Source: Eutreptiella sp. 'Long Island Sound 2002' (taxonomy: Eukaryota; Protista; Euglenida). Taken from it: DNA of 64,000 bases. Position numbers and translations under genes: made by a program. The notes under the pieces were generated by a model. The model was not told the origin of the DNA. It saw only the letters and a list, made by a program, of their open reading frames with translations, and made no database searches. Below, in pieces: positions 11,641-23,799 of the stretch. The stretch lies in the NCBI GenBank assembly GCA_964036045.1, contig OZ038378.1, forward strand, positions 48,856,001 to 48,920,000. The letters run 5' to 3'. The stretch's first letter is position 1; each line of letters opens with the position of its first letter.

Positions 11641-12465
11641 CAGCTCTGCCCCCCCCCCCCTCTCAGTGACATGTCATTTGTTGGTTATTGCTTGTAATCC
11701 ATTTTGCTGCGCTATCCTAATCTTCCAGTGACAGTATCAAGACCCATCGCAGCAGGTGTACTAAGACCAGGTGACAGATGCCAGGCCACAACCATTTTTT
11801 TCTCGAAATGGATACGGACCTCACCGAATTTATAACTTTGACGTAAGTTTGTTGGTATGTATAACCTAAGGTACACCGAGGGTTTCCAGACAAGGATGCA
11901 TACCAGTGTACGAATCTAATTGGAACCCTCTGTGGTAGTAAGCTACTGCAGTTTTGCAGTGGAGGCGCTGACAGTGCTCGCACAGCTGGCACTGCTCAGC
12001 CCTCCCCTATGCCGGGTCCCTTAAAAGAAAGCCGGAACGGGTCCATAGGGCGGTGGGTATTTTTCTGAGTCTGATATTATTTTTCGGCATATTGTGCTAC
12101 TGTAGAATCCTTTCCTGCCTCCCCCCCCTTCTCATGTGTACCAGTCATTGCATGGTTCATTTTTCTAATTTTTCTACCCACGCTTGGCAAGTGGGCCCTT
12201 CCTTTGCGGATGTGGGAGTTCAACATCGCTAGATTTTCTTCCCCTCTCTCTCTCCTGTTTGTTGTCGCCATTCTCTCCCTCTCCATCCTCTGTATTCACT
12301 GTTTGCAGGATGTGGATGAAGCAATGCTGCGCAATGAATAGAGTGGGGTAATTTTTAACAGGGCTTGCCCAGGTCGTTTTAAGGTAGTCGATTGGCAAGG
12401 CAGGATTGCCGGACTGTACAATTACTCTGTGTTGACGGTGCCTTCCATGTTCCTGCAGTGCAATT

Positions 12466-12588
12466 CCAGTCAGGACCAGTCCAGTCAGGACAGTCAGGAC
12501 AGTCAGACAGTCAGGACAGACAGTCAGGGCAGTCAGGACAGTCAGGACGGACAGTCAGGACAGTCAGGACACTCAGGACAGTCAGGAT
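12466..12588 (+). repeat. (CAGTCAGGA)n 9-bp tandem array
   Basis: Over 10 imperfect copies of cagtcagga. Confidence 0.9.
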
Positions 12589-12895
12589 GTTGTGCATTTT
12601 CTTGCTGCTGTTACATTAGATTAGTGCCACGTTGTAGGTAGCATTTTTCTTCTGTCGTGGGTCCGTGGTCATGTTGTATTTGACCGGTTGATTAGGCAGG
12701 ATTCAAGTGTGTTCTGATGACAGCTGTTTTCCTGTGTGACAGTTTTGACTGTCAGCCCCCCCCCCCCTCTGGCAGTTTGTACTCCAATGCTGAATGTTTT
12801 GGTGCCTTTTTGTGTTACTTATTGCTACTTTTGTGGTGCTACATTGCCTTTCTCAGCCATTGGTCACTCTGTTTTACAGAGGTGTCAAATGTCTT

Positions 12896-12905
12896 GGGAA
12901 GGGAG
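12896..12905 (+). promoter_or_regulatory. Polypurine tract
   Basis: GGGAAGGGAG directly before the TG of the 3' LTR. Confidence 0.85.
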
Positions 12906-13361
12906 TGTGATGATTAAGGCCTTTACTCATTCACAGGCCTGACCTTCATATACAGCAGATGCGGAGCGCGCAGTGACAGCGAAGTCGCGCCAGGATTCTA
13001 TTGTTAATCTGTGTTTTAGGATCGCTTTTAATCGTGCTCTATATTATCGCATTGATTAGATAATGACGATCTGGGGTTCATCAGTCTGTGATACTGCTTG
13101 AGCTATCATGCGAGGTTCTGTCTTGCCATGTTTTAGACCTTGCACGATTTGATCGTGTTTATGAACTAAGATTCCATTGAACGAACAGTGTCCGGGACTG
13201 TTTGTGAATGTGGACGATCGCAGGTCATTTCTGTTGTCTTGTTGGTGCTGGTGCCTTTGGGATTGTATTCTTGATTTCAATATTGATTTTGGACCGAGCC
13301 CATAAATCTGCAACAAGGTAAAGCCCATGGAATACCAACGGCAATCAGAAGACCAGTTATA
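12906..13361 (+). repeat. 3' LTR (456 bp)
   Basis: Matches 500-905 with scattered substitutions plus two extra segments (+16 and +34 nt); TGTGAT...GTTATA; followed by the TSD CGCT. Confidence 0.9.
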
Positions 13362-14299
13362 CGCTGAAGTGCCCACCAGCACCGCAGCACCAAACAGCCA
13401 CCACTAGCGCACCCCAACGAAGCACAAACGCAACAGCCAAGCAGCTACCACCACGATGGGGAACGCCACAGGGGAGGTTCTAAGCAGAACGGGGGCGGAA
13501 GCAGCCCCCAACACAGTCAGCTAGCCCAATAGGCCTCCCGGCACCGTAACGGCCATAGCGGCGCCCGCCCTCGCTGAGCGTCTGGAGCTGAAGCCCACAC
13601 GCCGTGACTTATCAGCCGTAAAAACTACGCGCCAGACTGCAGCAGGGTGCAGGACGGCGGCAGCACACCCACAGGGGCCAACGCTACCCCAGACTCTGGC
13701 TGGGCTGTGCTGCAAACGCCCGACACAAACTGCGAGACCGGCCGCTGCGACGCCTTGCAACGAGGTGGACACAGTGGCCGACTCCGAGGGTCACAAGCCG
13801 CTCATGCCAAGGAATCCTGGGACCGACCAGGAGGCACCACCGAAGGACAATGGTACCAGAGTGTCCTTGCCACCGGCGAAAACACTGAGGGGACAACCCG
13901 CCTAAGACACGCCTGCCAAGACCACAGAAACGGGGGAAGAGCAGGGCCAGAAGATAGCCACTGCCCACAACAGGCTACAGTGGTTACCCTTTTTGACACA
14001 GGGCAACCTTTCAAGCCCGGCCAAGGCTCCTCACTCAATGCCATGACGGGTCCGGGTTGATGTTCATCGAAGGACAGGTGCAATATTTACAGACTGGGAC
14101 AGCTTACACCCATGCTGGACCTGTTCGGAAGTTTGTCGTTGGGTCAGGACTCTGGTTCTCTGATGAGGGAAGGCTCACGGAGAGGGGGGAGGGGATCGTA
14201 ACTGTTTGGGGGGGCAGAAAATGAAGAAAGAGGTGATTCTTTGGGTTACATCTGGCGGGTAACTTGGGCTTCTGACGGCTTCTGACGGCTTCTGACGGC

Positions 14300-16810
14300 T
14301 AAGCTTGTGACCGTAGAGGAACCACAGAGAGTGCTGGCACGCTCGGAGGCCAGGCCAGCAACAGCAGCGGGTCTCGAAGCCAATCAGGCGTCGCCTGCGG
14401 CCTCTCCACAGACAAAGGGTGCCACAGACGAACCGCCCCACCCGCAGTCCAGAAATCCACAGCCCGGCAACACACTGTCTGTAAGTGGCCGTGCGCGGAC
14501 GCCAGGAGGCGACCGAGCGCTCAACGCCCCATGGAGGCACAGAACGCGGCCAACGCCGACCGCGGGACACAGCAGGGGGTGGCAACACCGCAACACTCAC
14601 CATTGCACCCACCAGCAACGCCGTTCCAGAGTGCGACGGCCAGGAAGCCACAGGGAACACGGACAACCGGGAACTCTACGGCGACACGGCACCCGCGGAA
14701 GTCGACGCAAAGAACCAACTCCGAGGACATGAAGCCGAGACAGCAGCGAGCAACCTTACAACATCCTGCAACGAACCCACTGCCCACGCCCATCAAGGCA
14801 GCCAACGGCCAAGCGCCCCTACGACGACAAGTCCTTCGAGGTCGTCATGGCATTACGTCAGGACGGAGGTCCCACGGGGGGTCCACCACCTCGTCCAACA
14901 CTGACAGCAAGCCACTAGGCACCACACCGAACCTCCTGCACTGCCGAAGACTCTCCCGGCAACCGCACCTCAGCAGCGCCGGCAGCTCATTTCCAGCCAG
15001 ACAATGCAGCCCTGAGTGCATCCCTGGGAGTGTCAGGCACCCACCGCGCCACCGTCACGAGTGGAAGAATTGGGAATGAAGAGCGCTCACAGACAAGGCG
15101 CCTGCCCCAACGGGCGTCCCCCCTACCCGCCACTCCTAGGCAAGAGACCAAGGGCCGGCGACCAACGCTTGCGCTGAAGGGCTCGCCGAGCAGGTACCCC
15201 CGCGGCCATCTCCGCTCAGCGGGCAAGAGAAACTGGACTACGCACGGTCTGAAGAGAACGCCCGTCGCCGCAGCGCGGAGGCAGAACACGGAGATGCTCG
15301 CAACGCGGACCCATGTATCGGCCAGATTACCGACAACCACCAGCTCACCCTCGGGCTCAGGACCTAATGGATGCTTGGGAAGGACGAAGACATCGCAAAC
15401 AGAAACTGCACCATGGCAGAAGTATTGTTGAGCTTTTGCCGGGGTCGCAAGCTGCCCCGCCATCAATGCAAAACCTGGGCCATTGGCGCTATGGGCCCTC
15501 CCCTCTCATCGCGCACATGGGAAATGGCAGTCTGGACAACCTGCCGGATTATCGATGACCCGACCCTGGGTAACGAGTACAAAGCGCTGTGCGCTCACGC
15601 CGTGCACTCCCAATTCCAAGCCCTGTCACAGAAACGCAGGAAGGCGTCCCTGTCAGGCCACGGCAACCTAGTGGCGCTGTGTTCCCTTTTCTTTTGACAG
15701 GTGGGTTATTAGGGCATCAGATATCTCCCTCACCGACACCCAGTAGTGTGTGTAGGTGTTGGAGTCAGCAAGCCGGACTGATGTACATGAGGCAACTCTG
15801 GACACTCATCACCCCTGGAACCGGCTGTCTTCAGATGACCTTATCAATATGTGGGCCTCCACCAACCGGCCCAGGGGCGGATGGGGTTCCCGCGTTTCAG
15901 CTGGGCGCAGGCCCCTGATGCCCCACCCCCCGAACGCAGCCCAACGTGAGTCGCAAGAGGCAAAGACGGGGTTGCAACACAGCTCAGCATCCTGGCACAT
16001 GACTTGACACTGACGTTTTGGAGTGGGAACACAGAACAGCCCCGCAGAGAGGACGCAACCTTAGAGAAATGGTTCACAGGTATATCACGGGGCCAGACAC
16101 GCTGCATTGGGGAAGACCGGACCGCAACACCCCCAGCAACGTCCTCCTGGTCATTCTGGACGCCGTCCACTATTTTCACCTGAGGATCTGCGAACGTCCA
16201 AAGGACCAGCGCTGCGACCTGGAGTCTGTGAAATACATGAGCCCCAGAGCCACGTCCCTACCAGTGAGGCCCACCACCTTGTCTCTGGATCAGCCCGACC
16301 CCCTGACAACCATTGTGTCCGGGCCAGTCGGCAATTGCTGCCCGGGGCACAACCTCTACTGCCCGGAGTGGGCCGAAGCATGTTGTATCAACGCCAGGCC
16401 ATTGAACGCGGAATGGAGATTCCACATGGACGGCCGGGAAGAAGCGGAAGCCATCCCACCCCAGGAGCTGGGGCATCATCCCACAACGCCAAATGTGTGC
16501 CCAATCTTCTTGTTCCACCAGATCAGGGTACTGGCAAGGGAACAACTCCCCACAATCTACCACCAGACACAAGCACGAGCCGCATATGCAGCACTCATGA
16601 CGGAGATGTTCAGCGCCCTCCGTAGTGCCCCGGTCCCGCTCGCCAACCTGCCAGAGCCTCAACCGCAGGCAACCCCGGATAGTGGCGTAAACGCCGTTAG
16701 ACCTCTTCGATTGAGGATCATAGTACCCGCCACCACAAAACAGATTCCTGACCATCACAGAAACAGACCCTGGATCCCAACGAGGTGCATCACTGATGAA
16801 GAGCAATAAA
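14300..16810 (+). pseudogene. Decayed GC-rich LINE-like ORF fragment with a Ulp1/C48-like cysteine-protease domain (~15820-16560)
   Basis: RLSSDDLINMW, LLVILDAVHYFHLRI (His), PPQE...PNVCPIFL (Gln/Cys) in Ulp1 order; same motif series at 21960-22870. Confidence 0.5.
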
Positions 16811-17369
16811 GAAGGTCTGTAGTACCGGACCCTGCCATTGTGCGGGCGCTACTACTATTTTTGATTTTGTCACCTCCTTACCCGTGACCCCCATTGTCCT
16901 TGATGTCACCAAAGCTTCCATGCCTTCCAAGTTCCCTTTTCCAAATTCCAAACATATCCCGCGGGCACACCCAATGGCAACCGCTGACAATAAAATCCAA
17001 ATAGTCGTCCACAAATTCAAATGGGCTTGAGACCATCAATACATGGAAGTCATGGTGAGGGGAACAAATAATGACAATCTCGGGCAAAGAGAAGCAGAAG
17101 AGAAGTACAGCTGAAGCCCTACAATAGGATATCCGAGTATCGAAGACGATGTTGCATCCCAAATCCAGGAATCCATTCATATACCGTGCACACTCAAGTT
17201 ATGCGTGTCATCATGAACATACATCGACACCATGCTAGCACAATCTCTATACAATGGCTTAAAAAAACACATTGCCTCATGGAGGATCATGCATGACACA
17301 ACGACCGAAATACAGTCTATTAAGTGCATGGCAAAACACAAGGAAAAGCATATACAAAATAATGGCATC

Positions 17370-17910
17370 ATTGGGTTCCCGATAAAACTTGGGCACACAT
17401 GGCCCATCTTCACCCTTGCCGACAAGGCGGTAAAATGGGATAAGCAACATTGGTTCGAAAAATGAGAAATGTTCTCGCTGTGGATCAAGCTTGACACCAT
17501 GGCCTCCATGAACACCCTGACCACATACATGACTTGTCAAACCCTCATGACTCACCAATCTGCACAATTGAATAACGTGCAATGATGATCACTAAATACC
17601 AATCAGGAGGGTTATCTCACGGCAATGGCAAACACTACCTATCACCTGGCATGTGTGACCCATATATCATCATGAAGGCAATGCCCTGGTACTTCATACC
17701 AGACGCCGGGTGCCTATCACTCCGCAATAACATACACAATTGCCAGCAAGTATATAATCTTGGCAGGTTTACTTGCTGCCTGCAACCAAGACATCCAGAA
17801 GAGCCAGCCAACCAAACGTCACATGCTTAGTGTATGCTACATACAAACTGCTGGGCTCCGTGCGGTTACAGTGACGCGAACCAAGTACATTAAAAAAGAC
17901 GCCGACAGAC
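17370..17910 (+). pseudogene. Possible Helitron-like Rep (HUH) remnant
   Basis: In order across frameshifts: LGHTWPIFTLADKAVKW (motif 1-like), TKYQSGGLSHG (cf. EFQ.RGLPH.H), YNLAGLLAACNQDIQ and TKYIKKDAD (cf. KYI.KG.D); spacing imperfect; no helicase seen. Confidence 0.42.
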
Positions 17911-19499
17911 AACATATGTCTCATGCCCTCACTACCCATCATGTGGTGCCTCATTGCTTTGGACCCGATAGCATAGGCATACACAAATTAATGTAGCATA
18001 TCTACATGTGGGTGTAACATCGAACCGATTCAACGCATGCTACTTGGAGAGTGATTGGGTAAGAAGATGCCCCAGGTCGCATGTATGTAGAGGTCTAGAC
18101 CGGACCAGCAGAGTGGGTGCACAAAGAGAGATATCCCGGGTCCAATGAGAGCACATCCATGGTGAACTTGTCCCATCCCAAGGAGAAGTAGTCCTGCCTT
18201 GGAGAGATATGGTCCCGCCCCAGTCCAGGTCTTGAGAATGATGGTCCCGCCCCAATCCATGCCACCAGAGAGAGAGCCACACCCATCCATGCCCTAGGAG
18301 AGAGAGCCTAACCAATCCGTGCCGAAAGAGACATAACCTCACGGAAATCCAATCCAGAGAGCATGCATATGGAGTAAGAGTTTCGGCTAACCATGACCAA
18401 GGAGAGCATTCATGCTGAAGCGGTAGGTGAAGAGCTCTTGCTTTTGGCTCCTGATTGCCCAAATACTGTGAGGCTCCCGTGTTTTGACGCTTTGATTCAC
18501 TTCCCAAAGTTCATTGGTACGGCTCTTGAAGCTGGGCAAAATGGTTAATGAAATCCCTGATGTTCCGCAAACTCTCGTGAGATTTGACAAAATCCGAAAT
18601 CCCTTCTTTCTCCGGACGTACGAGCGCCGCCAGCGGTGCCTCAACCCTACTCCTGGTCATCCTGCAAGGCACTGAGCAATATACAAGGCACACTGAAGTC
18701 ATTTCTGTGTCTGTCGCCCCAAAGGGTTCTCCATGTCCACTGCTTGGCTTAAGTCATCGTAGGACCCTTGCATGGCTTCATACATGACACAATCTGGTGT
18801 CCTGTGTACAAGAAGAGCGGAGTGTCTGGTGTCTGTGAAGCACAGATCCCATGCATGCCCGTAACTTGCGCTACACCCTTGGATGAATCTGTCTTAATTG
18901 AAATTCGTGATCCGCAATGAAACTTCATTGTAAAATCACTGCCTTTTTGCGGTCTTTGATGCCTAAGCCTCACCTGTCAATTATCGCCTGAGACAATCTG
19001 GCGCTTGGCGGCAGCGTTCGCCCTGCCTGTCCGCAGGGTCCAAGGGGCCTGCAGAGTACCTAAAGTACATTCATCCATCCCAAGAAACACCTGATGAGTG
19101 GCCTGTTCTTGCGCAATATTGGACAGCCCACGATTTCAGGTCACCCCTCTCCTCAAAAGGCTTGCTAGGCTGACGGCTGCTCTGCAAGCCGCACGAGTGG
19201 GTGTTTTCTGTGCATAGCTTCCACGCGCTGACGCCTCTGCGTGCCAGCAGTAAAAGGGTGGGTCCCCTATAAGGACGCTGAACCACTGATTGCACTTAGT
19301 GGCGCAGACACCTAAATGATTGGGTTCCACCACCAGGGACATGGCAGATTAATAATAAAATCAATGCCGGCCCGGTAAAAAAAAAACGACCCAGTGCGCT
19401 GGGGTCCCACGCTGGTCTCGCTGGACTAGCCATTCCAGAGCGTCAGCAGGGCTCCCTGACTGGTTACTTACGTAACAAACCTCTACGCACAGCATTCCG

Positions 19500-19860
19500 C
19501 AATGCGCTTGGCGCGTCCAAGCGCACAGGTGTGTGTGTGTGTGTTTGTGTGCGCGCTCCGCCTGTACCCCAACAGTCCTGGCCGAGGTGTGCGGTGTGCT
19601 TCTGTGCGCTTGCGTTCGAGTTTCGGCTGCAGCCCGCGATTCCTAGCTTGGGTGTTGGGCTGTGTGTCTTTGTGTGCGCGTTCCGGCTGTACCCCCCCAA
19701 TCCTGGCTCGGGTTTATGTTGCGTGTGTGTCTGTTCCGGTTATCCCCTCCCCCCTGTCCATCCTGGCTGGGGGTGCTGGGCTGTGTGTGTTTGTGTGCGC
19801 GCTCTGCCTGTACCCCGCCCATCCTGGCAGCGGTTTGTGGTGCCTATGTTGCATTCGGGT
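19500..19860 (+). repeat. GT-rich ~120-bp satellite (family S1)
   Basis: Repeated gtgtgtttgtgtgcgcgctccgcctgtacccc..atcctggc units; the same family occurs at 28330-29030 and inverted at 50290-51600. Confidence 0.85.
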
Positions 19861-20385
19861 GAGGCGGCCGAAGCCCGATATACCTCATCCCATCACAACC
19901 CAGGCGTGGGCCGGAACCACGCTAAGGGGAACGAGCAGCTTCTGTGACACCCTACGAGCCCCCGCTGTCTGCCCACTTCCAGCAGGTGGCCCGTTACCCC
20001 TGCGACCATGGACCCTGACCCAACCCCGAGGCAGAGTCCGTAACCACCTGTCCCGGTGTCCGCGTGCGCCTGCGCCTCGCCCCATCCCTGCGCACCCCCA
20101 CAGCGCAGGACTAGGAAGACTCCTCCAGGCCCAGCGTACCGTTAGTCCCCATGACTCCACCGCGCGCATTCATGTCCACGCCGAGGCCTACCCCCAAGCC
20201 CACGAACGCGCTTGTGCATCCTGGTGGCAGCGCTGGACCCACACGCAGCTGTCCGCCGGCCAGGGGGTCAGGCGCATCATGCCTTGTGGCGCGCGGGGTT
20301 CCTGGGGTTCTGCAGGACAGGCCGGTGTTGCTCCTGCCCGTATCTGTGCGTCGGTGTTTGCAGGCTGGCCAGGGGGTGTCCATGT

Positions 20386-21950
20386 GTGGGGGTTAGCTGG
20401 GGGTGATGTCCCACAGGCGCCTTCCTTCCCTCTGCGTCGCCTGGAGGATCCCCTACAGGCGCCTGAGGACATACGGGTGGTGCTGGGGTGCAGGGAGCTT
20501 ACGGGGCTGGAGTCCGTGTGGATGGAGCGCATCTGCCAACATGGCTTCGCATGCTCCCTGCGGCATCCATCCCCCCGCCGGCTTGAGTGGGCAGTTCTCC
20601 ATCGTCTCTTTGCAGGGCCGGAAGACCAGACCCTCGAGGGAGGTCTCTGCCCGGGCCCACGTCCGCAGCCCTAACTCCACCGGGGGTTACCTTCTGCGCC
20701 ACTGGCGGGCAACACGCCGACAACACTCTCTTCAATTACAGGCCGCCACACCCAGCAGTCCCGACCAAGGGCTGCGAAAAAATCCCCCCCCCAGCCCCAA
20801 AGCACCGCGAGCCGCCGCGGCCCACACCCGCCCTGACAAAGCCTGACCACGTCCCAGGCACCAGACTGGCCAGAGACAGGGCCCCCACCTGCCGGCCGAA
20901 TCGCCCGAGACCCGCCCCGGCCCAACGACTCCGCCCAGCATCGCCCCCCGCAGTGACCCACTCACTACCCACAACCCCATCAGGCACCGCCAACGAACAA
21001 CACGCCGGACCCCAGCGGGAAGAAGCCGCGCAAACCAGGAGGGCCCGGACACCAACGCACACGCAAACGGGCACCTGCTGTGCCCAACAGCTCCAGGCCC
21101 AAGCCCGAAGCTGTCAAATCTGCCTGACCCGCCAAAAACCGCTAACCCGCAAATCACGCTCACGGACCCCACCCGAAGCTTAACCACAACAGTCGCTGAC
21201 GAACACAAATCACGCCCCTTAGCCCCTAACCCACCAAGCCTGGCCCGGATCACAGAGGCAGAAAAGTAGTCAAAGCCCGCGCCCACAGCCATCACATCCA
21301 CGTAACCTGCCAATACCACCTGACCTGCAAGTCACGCCCACTAGTCCCGCCCGAAAAGCATAACCGAGACGCAAAGAGACACCCAGCCAAACCCACCCTA
21401 ACCGGCACAAGTGTACATCATGACTTGCGAGCCGCACCCTTGGGGCGCGACCGCCGCGAAGACACCGGTAACGCGCACAGCGAGCATATGGGGGACGTCA
21501 GCCCCAGAACAAGTTGATGCGGTTAAGAACATTCAAAAAAACGCGCACAGCGAGCAGGAACACAGCACTGCTGCACCGCTGTTCTAACTGGGCATGCCTG
21601 TGCCTGTGGTGTTTGCGCGCCCCTTTTCCGCTTTTCTAAAATAGAAATTGAAGAGAGAAGAAGAAGAAATCATCAAGCAGGGGAAAAGAACGAAGCAGGG
21701 GGGAGCAACGAAGCCACTAACAGCAGGCGCGTGCGACACACAGTGCGCCCACGGGCGAAAAAGCGCCAAGTGACCACGGACACTGCACACAGAATGCAAA
21801 GGACGCGCACACCGGTGAACTAGCGGGAAGAGGCCCTGAACACTGCACGCACGTACGCACCTAGGGCAGCAGAGGGACAGGGCGCAACAAACCCCACCCC
21901 AAGGGTCATACACACCGGGGCGACCCAGCTGACCCGCCGGGCCAGGGCAG
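20386..21950 (+). repeat. Composite repeat unit A
   Basis: Collinear with 26336-27830 and partly with 24700-25850; its LINE-3'-end module is cut off at ~21950. Confidence 0.8.
21471..21556 (+). mobile_element. 54-bp 5'-truncated retro-insertion with an A-tail and 16-bp TSD
   Basis: ACGCGCACAGCGAGCA at 21471-21486 and 21541-21556 flanks 21487-21540, which ends in a short A-run; the paralogous unit at ~27427 has a single copy (empty site). Confidence 0.8.
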
Positions 21951-21959
21951 CACCTCCGG

Positions 21960-22870
21960 GGACTCGGGGACCAGGACGTGCTGTGCCTCCGCACCTCCGG
22001 CACCACCCAGCGCATCCGGGCGACCACCCTGGTCCAGGCGGCCATCCTGGGGGAAGGCGTCCGAGACTTCCTCTTTGACGCCTTCCTCCACGTCGCCCGA
22101 CACGACCGCCCCCCATGCGCCACCCCAGACGGCAAGAGCCCGCCCCCCACGGGGAGCCGGATCTGCGTGCCCCCCATCGACTGGGGGCGACACCTCGTCG
22201 GACACCCCGTGCCGGAGCGGGACAGCACCCAGGGCCGCACCCGCTACCGCGAGCCCAACATGGCCCACCCCCCACCCAGCGCCACCCCCGACAACACCAA
22301 AGAGTGGGAGCGGGAGACATGGGTAGCCCGGATGGACTCCCTGAGCAACTTCCGGACGTCCCCACCCCCGACGACCGGCAGCCAACCCCCTCCACGTACA
22401 TGACTCTCATGTACAATCCACCCTACTACTGCACCCTCTCCACCACCCACTACCACGCACCAACTGACCGCTGGGTGGTGCACGTCACCGACTCTCTCCT
22501 CCCCGCTGACTACGCCCCCCCCCCCCAAACAACCCGGGCCTCGACACGTACGCGAGGGGGGACGACCCGGACGACCCCCACATCTGGGGCACGTGTGAAC
22601 GCAAATGCCTGGACACGCTGCTCTCCATCCGCAGCAGCAGCCAGGCCTTTGTAGGGTGATGTATTGCCTCGCCAAGTGGATCCAACGGACCTGGGGGATC
22701 CCCACGGACCGGTGGGTGTGGGTGGTCACGCTACGCCCCCAGCAGAGGGAAGCCCCCCAAAACCGCAGGGGACCCACCCCCGCACGCCCCACCACCCTAC
22801 AGCTCTGCCCATACATGGTGGCAGCCCGCCTCATGGCGCTGCTGTGGCCAGGCTCAGACACCCCCACCCA
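21960..22870 (+). pseudogene. Ulp1/C48-like cysteine protease ORF fragment, frameshifted
   Basis: LGEGVRDFLFDAFL; NPPYYCTL (TAC may derive from CAC His); WVVHVTDSLL (Asp); PQQ...LQLCPYM (Gln/Cys). Confidence 0.55.
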
Positions 22871-23799
22871 AAACTGACCCGGCCTCACAGAGGAGGACAT
22901 GCCCGGCATCCAGCGATGCTTCTTCTGCACCCTCGACTACCTCCAGGAAACACACCCGCAGGTCCTGGAGCAGATATGGCCACCCCCCTGGGTAACCCAC
23001 GTGCCCGCGCAGCCGAGACAACGCGGCCACACCAGCAGCAGCACGCACGGGTCACCAGGGAAAACGCGCGCACACGCCCGGTGCCCGAACCCGCACCCTC
23101 GTTCTCGCTACTTGCAGGACCCAGCATTCTACGCCCGCCCCCGAAGCCCAGGGCCCTCCGCCGTCTCCCACAGCCGTCTCCTCCGCCTCCGACTCCACAA
23201 CCTCCACCACCACGACTACCTCATCCACCACCTCCACCACGTCCTCATCCAGCACTCCACCCCCCAGGCCGCGGGGAACACCTCCCAAACAGGCCCCCAA
23301 ACCCGCCCCCACCGCGAGCAACCCCGCTGCCGCCAAGGCCCACGCCCCGACGAGGCCCACACCGGCTACCCAGCCGAAACCCAAGACCGCCGCCAAACAG
23401 CCACCTAAACTCGTCAGCGCACCAAGACCGCAACCCGCAGCCAAGCCCAATCCGAAGTCCACACCCGGCGCCACGACGGGAGCGCGAGCCCGACCCCCCG
23501 AGGACGTCCTCTATGACATTCGGCCCCAGCCGTCCCAGGCCCGGAGGCAACAGCGCCCAGCACGGCGCCCCCCCACCGTCAACGACGCCGCCGCCACCAC
23601 CTTCATAGCGGAGCGCGCCGCGGCCGGAGCACGACGCACCTCGTCCCGCCACCTCTGAAAGCCCGCACCCCAGGCCCCCAGACCGCCACTGACCAGGCCA
23701 GAACGACGCCAGGGTCCGCCAGCAGCGTCCCCGCCCCCCTACCAACCCTCGATGACAGCCCACATACAGCGCATGCCCCGCTACCGCCGCCGCCGCGAG

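Larger units (their letters stand above)
500..13361 (+). mobile_element. Full-length, decayed Ty3/gypsy (chromovirus-like) LTR retrotransposon carrying dUTPase and N6-adenine MTase domains
   Basis: Direct repeats 500-905 and 12906-13361; 4-bp TSD CGCT at 496-499 and 13362-13365; PBS-like TGGTAGCGG at 906; PPT GGGAAGGGAG at 12896-12905; gypsy-type RT, RNase H, GPY/F and chromodomain motifs inside. Confidence 0.93.

Noticed and set aside
500-13361. DIRS/YR element because of the MT domain
   Set aside because: It has direct LTRs with a TSD, PPT, PBS, gypsy-type RT/RNase H and GPY/F-chromodomain; no tyrosine recombinase or inverted/split terminal repeats were seen.
14267-14299. (CTTCTGACGG)3 as a regulatory or terminal repeat
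   Set aside because: A single short triplication with no counterpart elsewhere in the window.
19389-19431. Helitron 3' end (hairpin GACCCAG-TGCG-CTGGGGTC then CTAG)
   Set aside because: CTAG is ~19 nt from the hairpin and followed by C rather than T; there is no matching 5' TC end or helicase. Too weak.
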